IMG/VR virus record: IMGVR_UViG_3300043395_000730
Coordinates: 1 to 60,875 of that record
Length of the DNA: 60,875 nt
Origin: a virus
Taxonomy: Duplodnaviria; Caudoviricetes
Direction: 5' to 3' (one strand)
Shown in pieces: positions 8,146-16,520 of the stretch (positions within the stretch are counted from its first letter, which is position 1; each line of letters begins with the position of its first letter). The notes under the pieces are model-generated. The model did no database searches and was not told the DNA's origin. It worked only from the letters and a program-made list of their open reading frames with translations. The translations under genes and the position numbers were made by a program.

Positions 8146-8192
8146 GCCGTGCTGAGTTTCGCTCTCAGTAAATGACTCATAGTCAACACGGC
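8146..8192 (-). ncRNA. Minimal tRNA-like element (acceptor-like stem, one hairpin, T-arm-like hairpin)
   Basis: GCCGTG-T-TGACT(ATG)AGTCA-TTTA-CTGAG(AGCGAAA)CTCAG-CACGGC, followed by the same TAACCATTTAAA leader as the hammerheads. Confidence 0.6.
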
Positions 8193-9145
8193 TAAGTTTT
8201 TTTTCTTGGTGGAAGTATGGTTTAACGCGCTATACCAAAAACGAATACCGAATCACCCTCGGTAGGGGGCACTACCACCCTCAGATTTTTCGCGTCCTTC
8301 CTTTGGTTATGAATTTTCACGGCTTTTTCGACTTCTTGACTTTGAGTATGGCGCATCACTGCGGTTTATCTCTGCTTCAATCTCCTGTAAGCTTCAGTGC
8401 CGATATTAATACCCTCGGAGGGGGAGTGGCTCTTTGCTCAACGGGTCAGCCTATCCCGTGCGGTGTATTTTATAGTGCTATCGCTTTCGCACCTCGCTTT
8501 ATTAGACTCGCGGTCTCAGTCCAACTATGTGACCACGTTTGGTCGTTGATTCTGAAACAAAGTAACGGCAACTGATTGGATTAATAACAAACTTTTTGCT
8601 ATACGTTTTTAAAAATACGTGTTTATACGTATAAGGATCTAAGTGTTTATACGTAGTGATGACACAATGAGAGAGCTAGTTTATGACTGGCAAAACCTTA
8701 TTGGTATTTGGATTGATGTGAATAACATATAAATTGCAATAAATTCATTTGGGGATTTGTTTACATAGGTGTTCCAACCCCTACCCTCCAATCAATCGCT
8801 CTGAAACGTAGAACGGACGGTCGATTGGTCGATTGGTCTGCAGTTCTATTTAACATAATACATGTTATAGTACAAGTTGTGTGGGCAAATTTAAGGGTGG
8901 ATGAATTGGTCTCAGATAATAACCACCACCCCACCCCTACGCACAAGCACACCCACCCCTACACACGTGCGCGTAGCGTACATGCAGGCAGGCAGGCAGG
9001 TCGCTAGGCAAAAAGCCAAAAAGTCCGACCGAACTTTCCAAAATGCATACCCCCATGTCGATTTTCAAGTCGTTTCGGTCGATCGGGCTGGAGCGCCAGA
9101 TGGGGGTATTACCCAAAAATTCAGTATATTTACCAAAAAATATAT

Positions 9146-9391
9146 ATGCCTGGCAAAAGAAAGATAGTTATAAAGGACAACACGTATATCAGTGACGGTA
9201 AGGGTGGTAAGGTAAAGGCTCCTTGGATGGCTGGTGACATTGACGTTACCAAGACGATAACAACACCTAGGAAGACCAAAACAATCAGAGACTACTCATA
9301 CACTGATGCTGGTGTCAAGAAAACATTCCGAGACGTCACGGTAGTAAAAAAGGGTAAAACAGTCAAACAAAAAACAATTAGCCGTGGTTAA
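9146..9391 (+). CDS. Basic hypothetical protein
   Basis: First ORF of the + strand block; K/T-rich. Confidence 0.6.
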   Translation: MPGKRKIVIKDNTYISDGKGGKVKAPWMAGDIDVTKTITTPRKTKTIRDYSYTDAGVKKTFRDVTVVKKGKTVKQKTISRG

Positions 9392-9475
9392 AAAACACAT
9401 CAAACGGAAGAACACGATCAAGAAGAACTTGGATCTAATAAAAAAGAATTCATTATCTTTACAAAAAATAAAGTC

Positions 9476-9727
9476 ATGCCAAACGATAAAAAAATAAAGA
9501 CGAAAACCGTAGAACATTCTACAGCTAATAAGTTTGTAGCGGTTCCTAATCCATTCAGAACTATTAAAAAAACTCCTTCTGGTTTGCCTACAAGGTTTTA
9601 TAATGAGGTTCCAGTTAAAACAACAACAACTGTTTTTAAAGACGGTACTGTAAAAGTAAAAACAAACAAACGCATTGATCCAAATAATCCTAACGTTATA
9701 AATAATAAGAGGTGGATGAAAGGATGA
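9476..9727 (+). CDS. Basic hypothetical protein
   Basis: K/T-rich; AAAGTCATGCC start context shared with 13673. Confidence 0.6.
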   Translation: MPNDKKIKTKTVEHSTANKFVAVPNPFRTIKKTPSGLPTRFYNEVPVKTTTTVFKDGTVKVKTNKRIDPNNPNVINNKRWMKG

Positions 9728-9848
9728 CAGTAATCCTACAGTTTAGTATACCTTACGGCCTTAATGTTGGTTTTGAGTATTACAAGGCTGAGGAAGGTTT
9801 AGACAATGAGCTTCACCTAAATTTGTTAATTTTTAAAATTATGTTATT

Positions 9849-10937
9849 ATGGCATTAAAAAGAGCACCAAAGGACGTAGATCCGATAACTGGAGCTAGGA
9901 TAGCTTCAAAATCACTATATGGCAAGAAGGCTGGAAATGAGACCATATCATCATGGCCAGATGTTAGGAATATGTATAAATCTGGTAAGCTAAAGATAGA
10001 GAATCTAAAGAACTACGACAAGCCAGTAATTGACTACATCACTGGGAAAACAGATAAGATAAGTGACGTTGAGTACGATGAGCCTAGAATGTATACATCT
10101 AAAACAGCGGCAGGTGGTAGTAAAATTGATGTTCGTTTTGACTATAAGCCAGGTGGTAGTTTTTACAAAAAAGCATATGCTGCTGAGGGTAAAAACAGAC
10201 CAAAAGAGTCTGAAGGAATGGAGAGACAGTACTATGCTGGAATGGCTAGTGGTAAGATGGGTAGTTTCGGTAGTGGGGGATCTCGTTATAAAAACCCTAC
10301 TATTGACGTACCTACAGTTAAAAAGTCAGATCCAAGAGAGGACATTGGAAGAATGCCTACACTTAAGGCTAACAAAATAACTCGTAAACCAAACTTGGTA
10401 GAAAGACAGAAAGAAGAAGAGTGGACGGCCCCTTCAAAAAGAACTCCAAGAGGCGGTGAGACTGGAGCAAAATCAATAACATATTTTAAAAATAAAGGTC
10501 AAAGAGGCTACACATATGGCAAGGAGCAAAAGATGGCTGCTGCTTATTATGGTATGGGTCAAGGTGAGGGTACTGACGTTGCTAGGTATAAGAGTCCAGG
10601 AGAGCTATCTGAATACAGAAAAGAACTGAAGGGATATATAAAGGAATCAAGATCAGACAGAAAAGAAAAAACTTTGCCTGCTGAGAAGAGAGAAATTACA
10701 AAAATGATAAAATTGTATAAAGAGGAAGGCAAGCAAGCAAAACTCGGACAGAAATACATAGAGTCTCTTCCTCAAGGCCAAAGATATATGGGTGTTCGTA
10801 CATCAGATGTCAAGAGAGGTGGAAGTTTAGAGGATGTTAAAACGTCAATAAAGCCAAAGAAACCAATAAGGTTTTTCACAACAGAGGCAGTGCAGGGTGC
10901 TACAGCACAAGACTTGAAGAAAAAAACCAAAAAATAG
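9849..10937 (+). CDS. Large K/R/G-rich hypothetical protein
   Basis: 362-aa ORF followed by a terminator. Confidence 0.75.
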   Translation: MALKRAPKDVDPITGARIASKSLYGKKAGNETISSWPDVRNMYKSGKLKIENLKNYDKPVIDYITGKTDKISDVEYDEPRMYTSKTAAGGSKIDVRFDYKPGGSFYKKAYAAEGKNRPKESEGMERQYYAGMASGKMGSFGSGGSRYKNPTIDVPTVKKSDPREDIGRMPTLKANKITRKPNLVERQKEEEWTAPSKRTPRGGETGAKSITYFKNKGQRGYTYGKEQKMAAAYYGMGQGEGTDVARYKSPGELSEYRKELKGYIKESRSDRKEKTLPAEKREITKMIKLYKEEGKQAKLGQKYIESLPQGQRYMGVRTSDVKRGGSLEDVKTSIKPKKPIRFFTTEAVQGATAQDLKKKTKK

Positions 10938-10945
10938 ATAAAACA

Positions 10946-10968
10946 GCCCTCCAATCGGAGGGTTTTTT
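10946..10968 (+). terminator. Rho-independent terminator
   Basis: CCCTCC-AATC-GGAGGG followed by TTTTTT. Confidence 0.8.
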
Positions 10969-10980
10969 GTTATTTATTAT

Positions 10981-10988
10981 TATATTTG
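10981..10988 (+). promoter_or_regulatory. Bacteroidota-type -7 promoter element upstream of groEL
   Basis: TATATTTG matches TAnnTTTG. Confidence 0.7.
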
Positions 10989-11005
10989 TGTCAAAATATA
11001 ATAAA

Positions 11006-12574
11006 ATGGTAGTAAAACATGTTCATTTAGGCCAAGAAGGCCAACAAAAGCTCAAAAAAGGCATCAAGACGATCGCTGGAGCAGTCAAAAGTACATTAGG
11101 TGCGCGAGGGCGCACGGTACTAATAGAGTCAGAGCACCATGTGGGTGGTATAACAGTAACAAAGGACGGTGTAACGGTCGCTAAGTCGATAAACTTGTTT
11201 GATCCGACTGAGAACTTGGCTGTTATTATGATGCGCCAGGCTGCTGAGAAGACAGCAACGGTTGCTGGTGACGGTACAACCACATCTATAGTATTGGCTG
11301 AGGCTCTTATCAACTCTTCTGACGTACACTTATCTGACACAGACAACGTGACTGAGGTTATAAGAGAGATAAACGACCTAACAAAGGACGTTGTGGCGTA
11401 TTTAGACAAGAAAAGTAAAAAGGTAAAGGGTAAAAAGTTGGTTGATGTAGCCACTATAAGCGCAAACAACGACAGAGAGATCGGTAAGATGATCGCTAGT
11501 GCGTTCAACGAGGTTGACGTTGTTACTGTTGAGAACAGTATGACAAGCAACACATATGTCGAGATAATAAAAGGTATGAAGATCGACCGTGGAATGACGT
11601 CACCTTACTTTATCACAGACCAAAAGAAGCAAGAGTGTGTTCTTGACAACCCATACGTGTTGATATGCGATCACGAGATAAATAACTTGATATCTATCGA
11701 GAGTATATTAAAGCACTGCGTTATGAACCAAAAGCCGTTATTGATTATTGGTACGTTAGGCCAGAACGCTATGAACACATTAAACTTAAACGTGGCTAAG
11801 GGGCAGATCAAGGCGTGTAACATTCAGCCACCATCGTTTGGGTACCGCACAAAGGACCTTATGGAGGACATAGCTATCGCTACAGGCGGTACGTTCTTCT
11901 CTGAGTCTACTGGTGACGATTTGTCATTAATAACTGTAGCTGACCTAGGTCGTGCGAACCGTATTGTTGTGAGTAAGGGTATGACGGTATTTATGCCAAA
12001 CGCTGAGAGGGCTGATGCTATCGACACACAAGTTAGTCAGCTAAAGGACTCTAGATCTGAGATGTCATCCGACAAGGAGTTGCTTGACTTTACGAACGAG
12101 CGTATTGCAAACCTATCTGGCGGTGTTGGTGTTATATATGTTGGTGCCTTAAGTGACATTGAGCAGAAGGAGAAGAGAGATCGTATTGACGACGCTGTGT
12201 GTGCTGTAACTGCTGCACTAGAGGAGGGTATACTTCCAGGTGGAGGTATAGCGCTAGTTGACGCTGCATCATTCACACTACGTGGAGACAGTACTGCTTG
12301 TAAGATAATGCGTGACACTGTGATCGCTCCGTTCTATCAGATATTAATTAACGCAGGTAAGGACCCAGAGGAGATAAAGGCTAATATGTTGCCAATAGAG
12401 AACGAGGGGTATGACGTTAAGAACGAGCAGTACGGTGACATGTTAAAGCTTGGCATCATTGATCCAGCGAAAGTTACAAAGAACGCACTGTTAAACGCAG
12501 TGTCTGTAGCTACTACTATAATGAGCACAAATGCAATAATAACAAATGTAAGAGCAGATGAGAGTATTAAATAA
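11006..12574 (+). CDS. groEL: Phage-encoded chaperonin GroEL (Cpn60)
   Basis: AVKSTLG, VTKDGVTVAK, AGDGTTT, GGG and GIIDPAKV motifs; start moved to ATG 11006 after the promoter; no GGM tail. Confidence 0.95.
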   Translation: MVVKHVHLGQEGQQKLKKGIKTIAGAVKSTLGARGRTVLIESEHHVGGITVTKDGVTVAKSINLFDPTENLAVIMMRQAAEKTATVAGDGTTTSIVLAEALINSSDVHLSDTDNVTEVIREINDLTKDVVAYLDKKSKKVKGKKLVDVATISANNDREIGKMIASAFNEVDVVTVENSMTSNTYVEIIKGMKIDRGMTSPYFITDQKKQECVLDNPYVLICDHEINNLISIESILKHCVMNQKPLLIIGTLGQNAMNTLNLNVAKGQIKACNIQPPSFGYRTKDLMEDIAIATGGTFFSESTGDDLSLITVADLGRANRIVVSKGMTVFMPNAERADAIDTQVSQLKDSRSEMSSDKELLDFTNERIANLSGGVGVIYVGALSDIEQKEKRDRIDDAVCAVTAALEEGILPGGGIALVDAASFTLRGDSTACKIMRDTVIAPFYQILINAGKDPEEIKANMLPIENEGYDVKNEQYGDMLKLGIIDPAKVTKNALLNAVSVATTIMSTNAIITNVRADESIK

Positions 12575-12821
12575 ATTCCTACTAGTAAAGAGACAGCAAG
12601 ACAGCAACAACATGTCAACGACTGGTTTCATGTATGGAGCTGACGATATGAGGGAGTTACGGTACCAAAAGGCTACCGTAATCTCTTTCGGTCAAAATGT
12701 AAGCGGTGTTGAAGAGAGCAGTGAGATACTGTTCGACAAGGTAGCTGGACATGACGTATTGATAGACAACGAGAGGTTAACTGTCATTCAAGAAAAGGAC
12801 GTTGTTTGCGTTCTTCGTTAA
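12558..12821 (+). CDS. groES: Co-chaperonin GroES-like protein
   Basis: Overlaps groEL; 87 aa; ATVISFG...ILFDK..G...VIQEKDVVCVL pattern. Confidence 0.75.
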   Translation: MRVLNKFLLVKRQQDSNNMSTTGFMYGADDMRELRYQKATVISFGQNVSGVEESSEILFDKVAGHDVLIDNERLTVIQEKDVVCVLR

Positions 12822-13278
12822 CCTTAGTTATAGCCTTAGCCAGAGTCTTCTGATGGAATGGTGCGTTTTCTCTGAAAACTCTATTTCGTCTAGGTGACTC
12901 TGGTATTGGTTCAAGACCTAACATCTTTTTATATATACCGTTTATCATCTTCTTACTTTTATGTGTAAGGTTGTACACATTACTTTGACCCCAGTCTCTT
13001 TTCATCCATAGCTGTATCATACCATTTTCCTCTAGACGTCTTAACATGTTGGCATCCCAGCTCATATAGTTAAGTTGTTCGTACAGTTCTGCCCTTGTAA
13101 ATAGTTTCTTTGAGTACAGTACTAACAGTACTTCAAGCTCAATACTTGACTTTAGATCGTAGTTCACGACGGCCCATCTTTTGATCACTGGCCAGTACTT
13201 CATAAACTCAAATTCAGAGATTACACCTTGATATCTAATCTTTTTTCTCTTGTGGTGTTTGTAAATCTTTCGTTTCAT
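12784..13278 (-). CDS. Putative winged-helix DNA-binding regulator
   Basis: ELEVLLVLY...LRRLEENGMI...VYNLTHKSK MarR-like pattern; own promoter at 13298-13305. Confidence 0.55.
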   Translation of the reverse strand: MKRKIYKHHKRKKIRYQGVISEFEFMKYWPVIKRWAVVNYDLKSSIELEVLLVLYSKKLFTRAELYEQLNYMSWDANMLRRLEENGMIQLWMKRDWGQSNVYNLTHKSKKMINGIYKKMLGLEPIPESPRRNRVFRENAPFHQKTLAKAITKVNEERKQRPFLE

Positions 13279-13283
13279 TTTAT

Positions 13284-13305
13284 TATATTTGTAAAAACAA
13301 AGTTA
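13284..13305. promoter_or_regulatory. Two opposed TAnnTTTG promoter elements
   Basis: TATATTTG on + at 13284-13291; TAACTTTG on - at 13305-13298. Confidence 0.6.
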
Positions 13306-13448
13306 TGAAAAAGATCGTAGAAAAAAAGACTGGCGAAAAATACGCTAGCAAAGCTGCAAAGATGAAGCACGAGAAGTCTGAGTCTAAAAAAGAGATGATC
13401 AAGGAGTACGGCATGAAGGCCGCTATGAAGAAGATCTCTAAAAAATAA
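13305..13448 (+). CDS. Small Lys-rich protein, 47 aa (MKKIVEKKTGEKYASKAAKMKHEK...)
   Basis: Translated by hand; follows the promoter and ends 1 nt before the next start. Confidence 0.65.
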   Translation: MKKIVEKKTGEKYASKAAKMKHEKSESKKEMIKEYGMKAAMKKISKK

Positions 13449-13449
13449 A

Positions 13450-13668
13450 ATGGCTATAGTAATTGCTGACGGAGAAAAGCACAGGATATACAAAAAGACC
13501 AATAAAATTGGGAAAGGAAATCCTGGTGATATAATGGTAAACCATCCAACCAAAGACAAGGGTAAATGGGATACTATTAATTTAACTAGAATTGCGGATG
13601 TAAAAACCGTAAAACAAGGAATCGCAGCAACAAAAAAATGGCACAAAGAACATCCGTATAAAAAATAA
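13450..13668 (+). CDS. Small basic hypothetical protein
   Basis: 72-aa ORF in operon. Confidence 0.65.
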   Translation: MAIVIADGEKHRIYKKTNKIGKGNPGDIMVNHPTKDKGKWDTINLTRIADVKTVKQGIAATKKWHKEHPYKK

Positions 13669-13672
13669 AGTC

Positions 13673-14428
13673 ATGCCAGGAGATAAAACATGGAAACCAG
13701 GGAAAGTAGTAAGACCTACATTAAGTAAGTCTGATATGGCTACCGTTAAAAAAGAAGTATCTAAAGCAAAACCAGTTGCTGCTAAAAAACCAGTAGCAAA
13801 AAAACAATCAACATCTAGTTTTGCAGATAGAGCTGCTGCTGTTGAAAAATCAAACAAAGCAAAAGGTATTGCAAATATAGCTACCGAAGCTCCAAGCACA
13901 GGAGTTCCATCTTCAGTTAGAGATATGCAAAGAATGGGAAGGACAGCGAAAGAACTAAACATAAAACCAAAAGAAGGTATGGGTGTTATTGAATATATAG
14001 CTCCAACTGGAGTAGGATCTTCAGCCGCTTCTGTTTTTAAAGGATTAGCTTCTGAGCCTGTTGTTAGTGCCACAAAGGCTGCACTAGAAACTCCTCTTCC
14101 TTTAGGTAGAGCTGTGACAAGTGCTACATCTGGAGCTCTTACACCTTCTAATATTATTTCTACATATATAAAGGCTTCTAGTATTAAAAACCTAGCGGAT
14201 CCTAATTCAGATACTAGAAAATCAGTAAATAAAGCTTTAAAAAATCCAACATTAGATAATGTTGTAAAAGCTGGAGTTAACACTGGAATCGACTTAGCTG
14301 GTGCTGGAATTACTCCAAAGTCAAGTAAGTATGTTTTAAAGGGTACTAAATATGGTGCTAAAGCAAGACCTTTACTTACAAAAGCCGCTGTACTTGGGAA
14401 TGATTTTTTTAATAAAATAAATAAATGA
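13673..14428 (+). CDS. A/K-rich hypothetical protein
   Basis: 251 aa; histone-tail-like KPVAAKKPVAKK stretch. Confidence 0.7.
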   Translation: MPGDKTWKPGKVVRPTLSKSDMATVKKEVSKAKPVAAKKPVAKKQSTSSFADRAAAVEKSNKAKGIANIATEAPSTGVPSSVRDMQRMGRTAKELNIKPKEGMGVIEYIAPTGVGSSAASVFKGLASEPVVSATKAALETPLPLGRAVTSATSGALTPSNIISTYIKASSIKNLADPNSDTRKSVNKALKNPTLDNVVKAGVNTGIDLAGAGITPKSSKYVLKGTKYGAKARPLLTKAAVLGNDFFNKINK

Positions 14429-14724
14429 AAGACCCAAGATTAGAAAGAGCTGGAGTTGAGGGGTTTAACAAACCAAAAAGAACCCCCAGCCATCCAACCA
14501 AAAGTCATATCGTTGTAGCCAAAGAAGGCGATCAGATTAAAACGATACGCTTTGGACAGCAAGGAGTAAAGACCAATCAAACAGTCGGTCAACGTGAGGC
14601 TTTTAAGAGCCGTCACGCAAAGAACATCGCTAAGGGCAAGATGTCTGCCGCTTGGTGGGCTGATAAGGTTAAATGGTCTCCAAGTAAAACTAGTAGCCCA
14701 AGTACAAAATGGAAAAAGGGGTAG
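14425..14724 (+). CDS. Basic phage protein
   Basis: KTIRFGQQG...FKSRH...SAAWWADKVKW. Confidence 0.7.
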   Translation: MKDPRLERAGVEGFNKPKRTPSHPTKSHIVVAKEGDQIKTIRFGQQGVKTNQTVGQREAFKSRHAKNIAKGKMSAAWWADKVKWSPSKTSSPSTKWKKG

Positions 14725-15104
14725 CTAAAAAATCCAATCCAGCGTTATGGAGTCGCATTGTGTCAAGCGTTAAGTCGGGCACAAAGGGCGGTGATGCAGG
14801 CCAATGGTCAGCTCGCAAGGCCCAATTGGCTGTTTCTAAGTATAAAGAGGCTGGCGGTAAATATATCGGTAAAAAGTCAGATTCAAACAGCCTGTCAAAA
14901 TGGACAAAGCAAGAGTGGGGAACAAAGAGTGGTAAACCAAGCAAGGATACTGGTGAGCGATACCTACCTAAGAAGGCAATCGCTGCATTAACTAATGCAG
15001 AATACGCAGCCACTACAAGAGCAAAGCGTAAGGGTGGAGGTACTGGATCGGTTGTCAATCAACCTAAAAGTATTGCTAATAAAGTTAAAAAATATAGAGA
15101 TTAA
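14709..15104 (+). CDS. DUF5872-like basic protein
   Basis: GQWSARKAQL...YKEAGGKY...LSKWTKQEW...ERYLP. Confidence 0.65.
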   Translation: MEKGVAKKSNPALWSRIVSSVKSGTKGGDAGQWSARKAQLAVSKYKEAGGKYIGKKSDSNSLSKWTKQEWGTKSGKPSKDTGERYLPKKAIAALTNAEYAATTRAKRKGGGTGSVVNQPKSIANKVKKYRD

Positions 15105-15364
15105 TGGGAACAAGTAAAACATCAAGATACTACGCAGCGAATCCAAAGGCCGCTGAGAAGAGGCGAGAATACCAGCGTGAGCTTAACGCTACTCATGAGC
15201 AAAAGAAATATAGAGCAGAGCACACAAAGGAGAGGAGAAGCAGAGATATTGACGGTAAGGGCGGTATGGATGTTAGTAAGAAAAAAAATGGTAAATTTGT
15301 ACTTGAAAGTCCATCGATCAATAGGGGTCGTAATGGAGCTAACGGTAAAAGCACAAAAAAATAA
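15104..15364 (+). CDS. Small basic protein with a degenerate HNH-like C-terminus
   Basis: GKGGMDVSKKKNG...LESPSINRGRNG. Confidence 0.5.
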   Translation: MGTSKTSRYYAANPKAAEKRREYQRELNATHEQKKYRAEHTKERRSRDIDGKGGMDVSKKKNGKFVLESPSINRGRNGANGKSTKK

Positions 15365-15367
15365 GAA

Positions 15368-15643
15368 ATGGCAAACTTAAAACTACAAACCAGCAGAGCT
15401 GCTGTTGTTACACCAAGTAATACGGTGAATATCCCATACCCAGGTGATGCGACTGCTTCGCCAAACACTGCACAATGGCCTTGTGTTCTATACGTAGGTA
15501 CAGGTGGTATATTGCGTATTATGACAGCAGACGGTGATGACGTTACGTTACAAAATGTTCCAAACGGTTCATTCATTCCGATACAAGTGATCAGAGTGTT
15601 TTCATCTACAACAACAGCTACTAACATTATTGCTCTTTGGTAA
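15368..15643 (+). CDS. Head spike base protein-like (RcGTA Rcc01079-like) structural protein
   Basis: AAVVTPS...LYVGTGG...NVPNGSFIPIQVIRV..TTTATNIIALW. Confidence 0.65.
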   Translation: MANLKLQTSRAAVVTPSNTVNIPYPGDATASPNTAQWPCVLYVGTGGILRIMTADGDDVTLQNVPNGSFIPIQVIRVFSSTTTATNIIALW

Positions 15644-15670
15644 TATGTTAATAGGTATAGCTATAAAAAT

Positions 15671-16108
15671 ATGAGAATAATTGCATGTATATTGCTTTTA
15701 TTGTTCTCTTGTAGTCCAAAACAACGGTTCAATAGGTTGATCAAGAATCATCCTTATCTGTTAACTACTGACACCTTAATAATAAAGGATACCATCAGAG
15801 ATACCATCAGAATAACAATCCCAGAGGTAAGGGTAGACACCGTTGTAAAGGTAGATCAGTTGTATGATACTGTCACCATAATAAAAGATCGTTTAAAGGT
15901 TAAGGTATGGAGGGTTGACGATAAGGTATACATAAACGGAAAGTGTGACACTGTGTTTATCGAAAAGCCATACGAGAAGATCATAGAGAGGAAGATACCA
16001 GTAAAATATTATGAAAAAAACAACAAGATGTGGGTATATAGAGTACTAGGCATCTTGTTTATATTTTTAGTTATTTACATAATATATTCTTCAAGAAATG
16101 AAAATTAA
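15671..16108 (+). CDS. Putative unimolecular spanin-like lipoprotein
   Basis: N-terminal lipoprotein signal (LLLLFSC), beta-rich middle, C-terminal TM helix; next to holin and endolysin. Confidence 0.55.
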   Translation: MRIIACILLLLFSCSPKQRFNRLIKNHPYLLTTDTLIIKDTIRDTIRITIPEVRVDTVVKVDQLYDTVTIIKDRLKVKVWRVDDKVYINGKCDTVFIEKPYEKIIERKIPVKYYEKNNKMWVYRVLGILFIFLVIYIIYSSRNEN

Positions 16109-16520
16109 GATATTACTAGCATCATTACTAGCTGTAATAAGTCCTGTAAAACCTATGATCTACATAGCGATATTTGCGATACTACTGGACACAATGTTTG
16201 GCATCTGGCGAAGCGTTAAAAAGAACGGATGGGTATCCATAAAGAGCAGAAAGTTATCTCATACTATAAGTAAGTCTGTTCTTTACTCTGGAGCGATTGT
16301 TTTTGTGTTCTTGATAGAGAAGTACATAGCGGCTGATTTAGTGGCTGAGTTTATCTCTGTTGAGCTTATAATGACAAAAGTTGTAGCTCTTGGATGTGTG
16401 TTTGTAGAGATATTGTCAATCAATGAAAACTATGAAGCCGTAACAGGCAAGAACATTATAAAGTCTCTTAGAGCATTTGTATTAAGAGCTAAAGAAGAAG
16501 CTAATAAAATCAAAGAATAA
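16098..16520 (+). CDS. Holin
   Basis: Three hydrophobic segments, LDTMFGIW and EILSINEN motifs, charged C-terminus; precedes the amidase. Confidence 0.8.
   Translation: MKIKILLASLLAVISPVKPMIYIAIFAILLDTMFGIWRSVKKNGWVSIKSRKLSHTISKSVLYSGAIVFVFLIEKYIAADLVAEFISVELIMTKVVALGCVFVEILSINENYEAVTGKNIIKSLRAFVLRAKEEANKIKE

Noticed and set aside
8303-9167. ORFs 8303-8575, 8761-8952, 8825-9007 and 8901-9167
   Set aside because: Atypical composition, weak starts, and overlap with repeats or structured non-coding sequence
11023-12618. Antisense ORFs over groEL, and similar ones over capsid, tail and giant genes
   Set aside because: Shadow frames of strongly supported + strand genes
15104-15364. Active HNH homing endonuclease
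   Set aside because: The expected catalytic His position reads Lys (DVSKKK); no intron or insertion context
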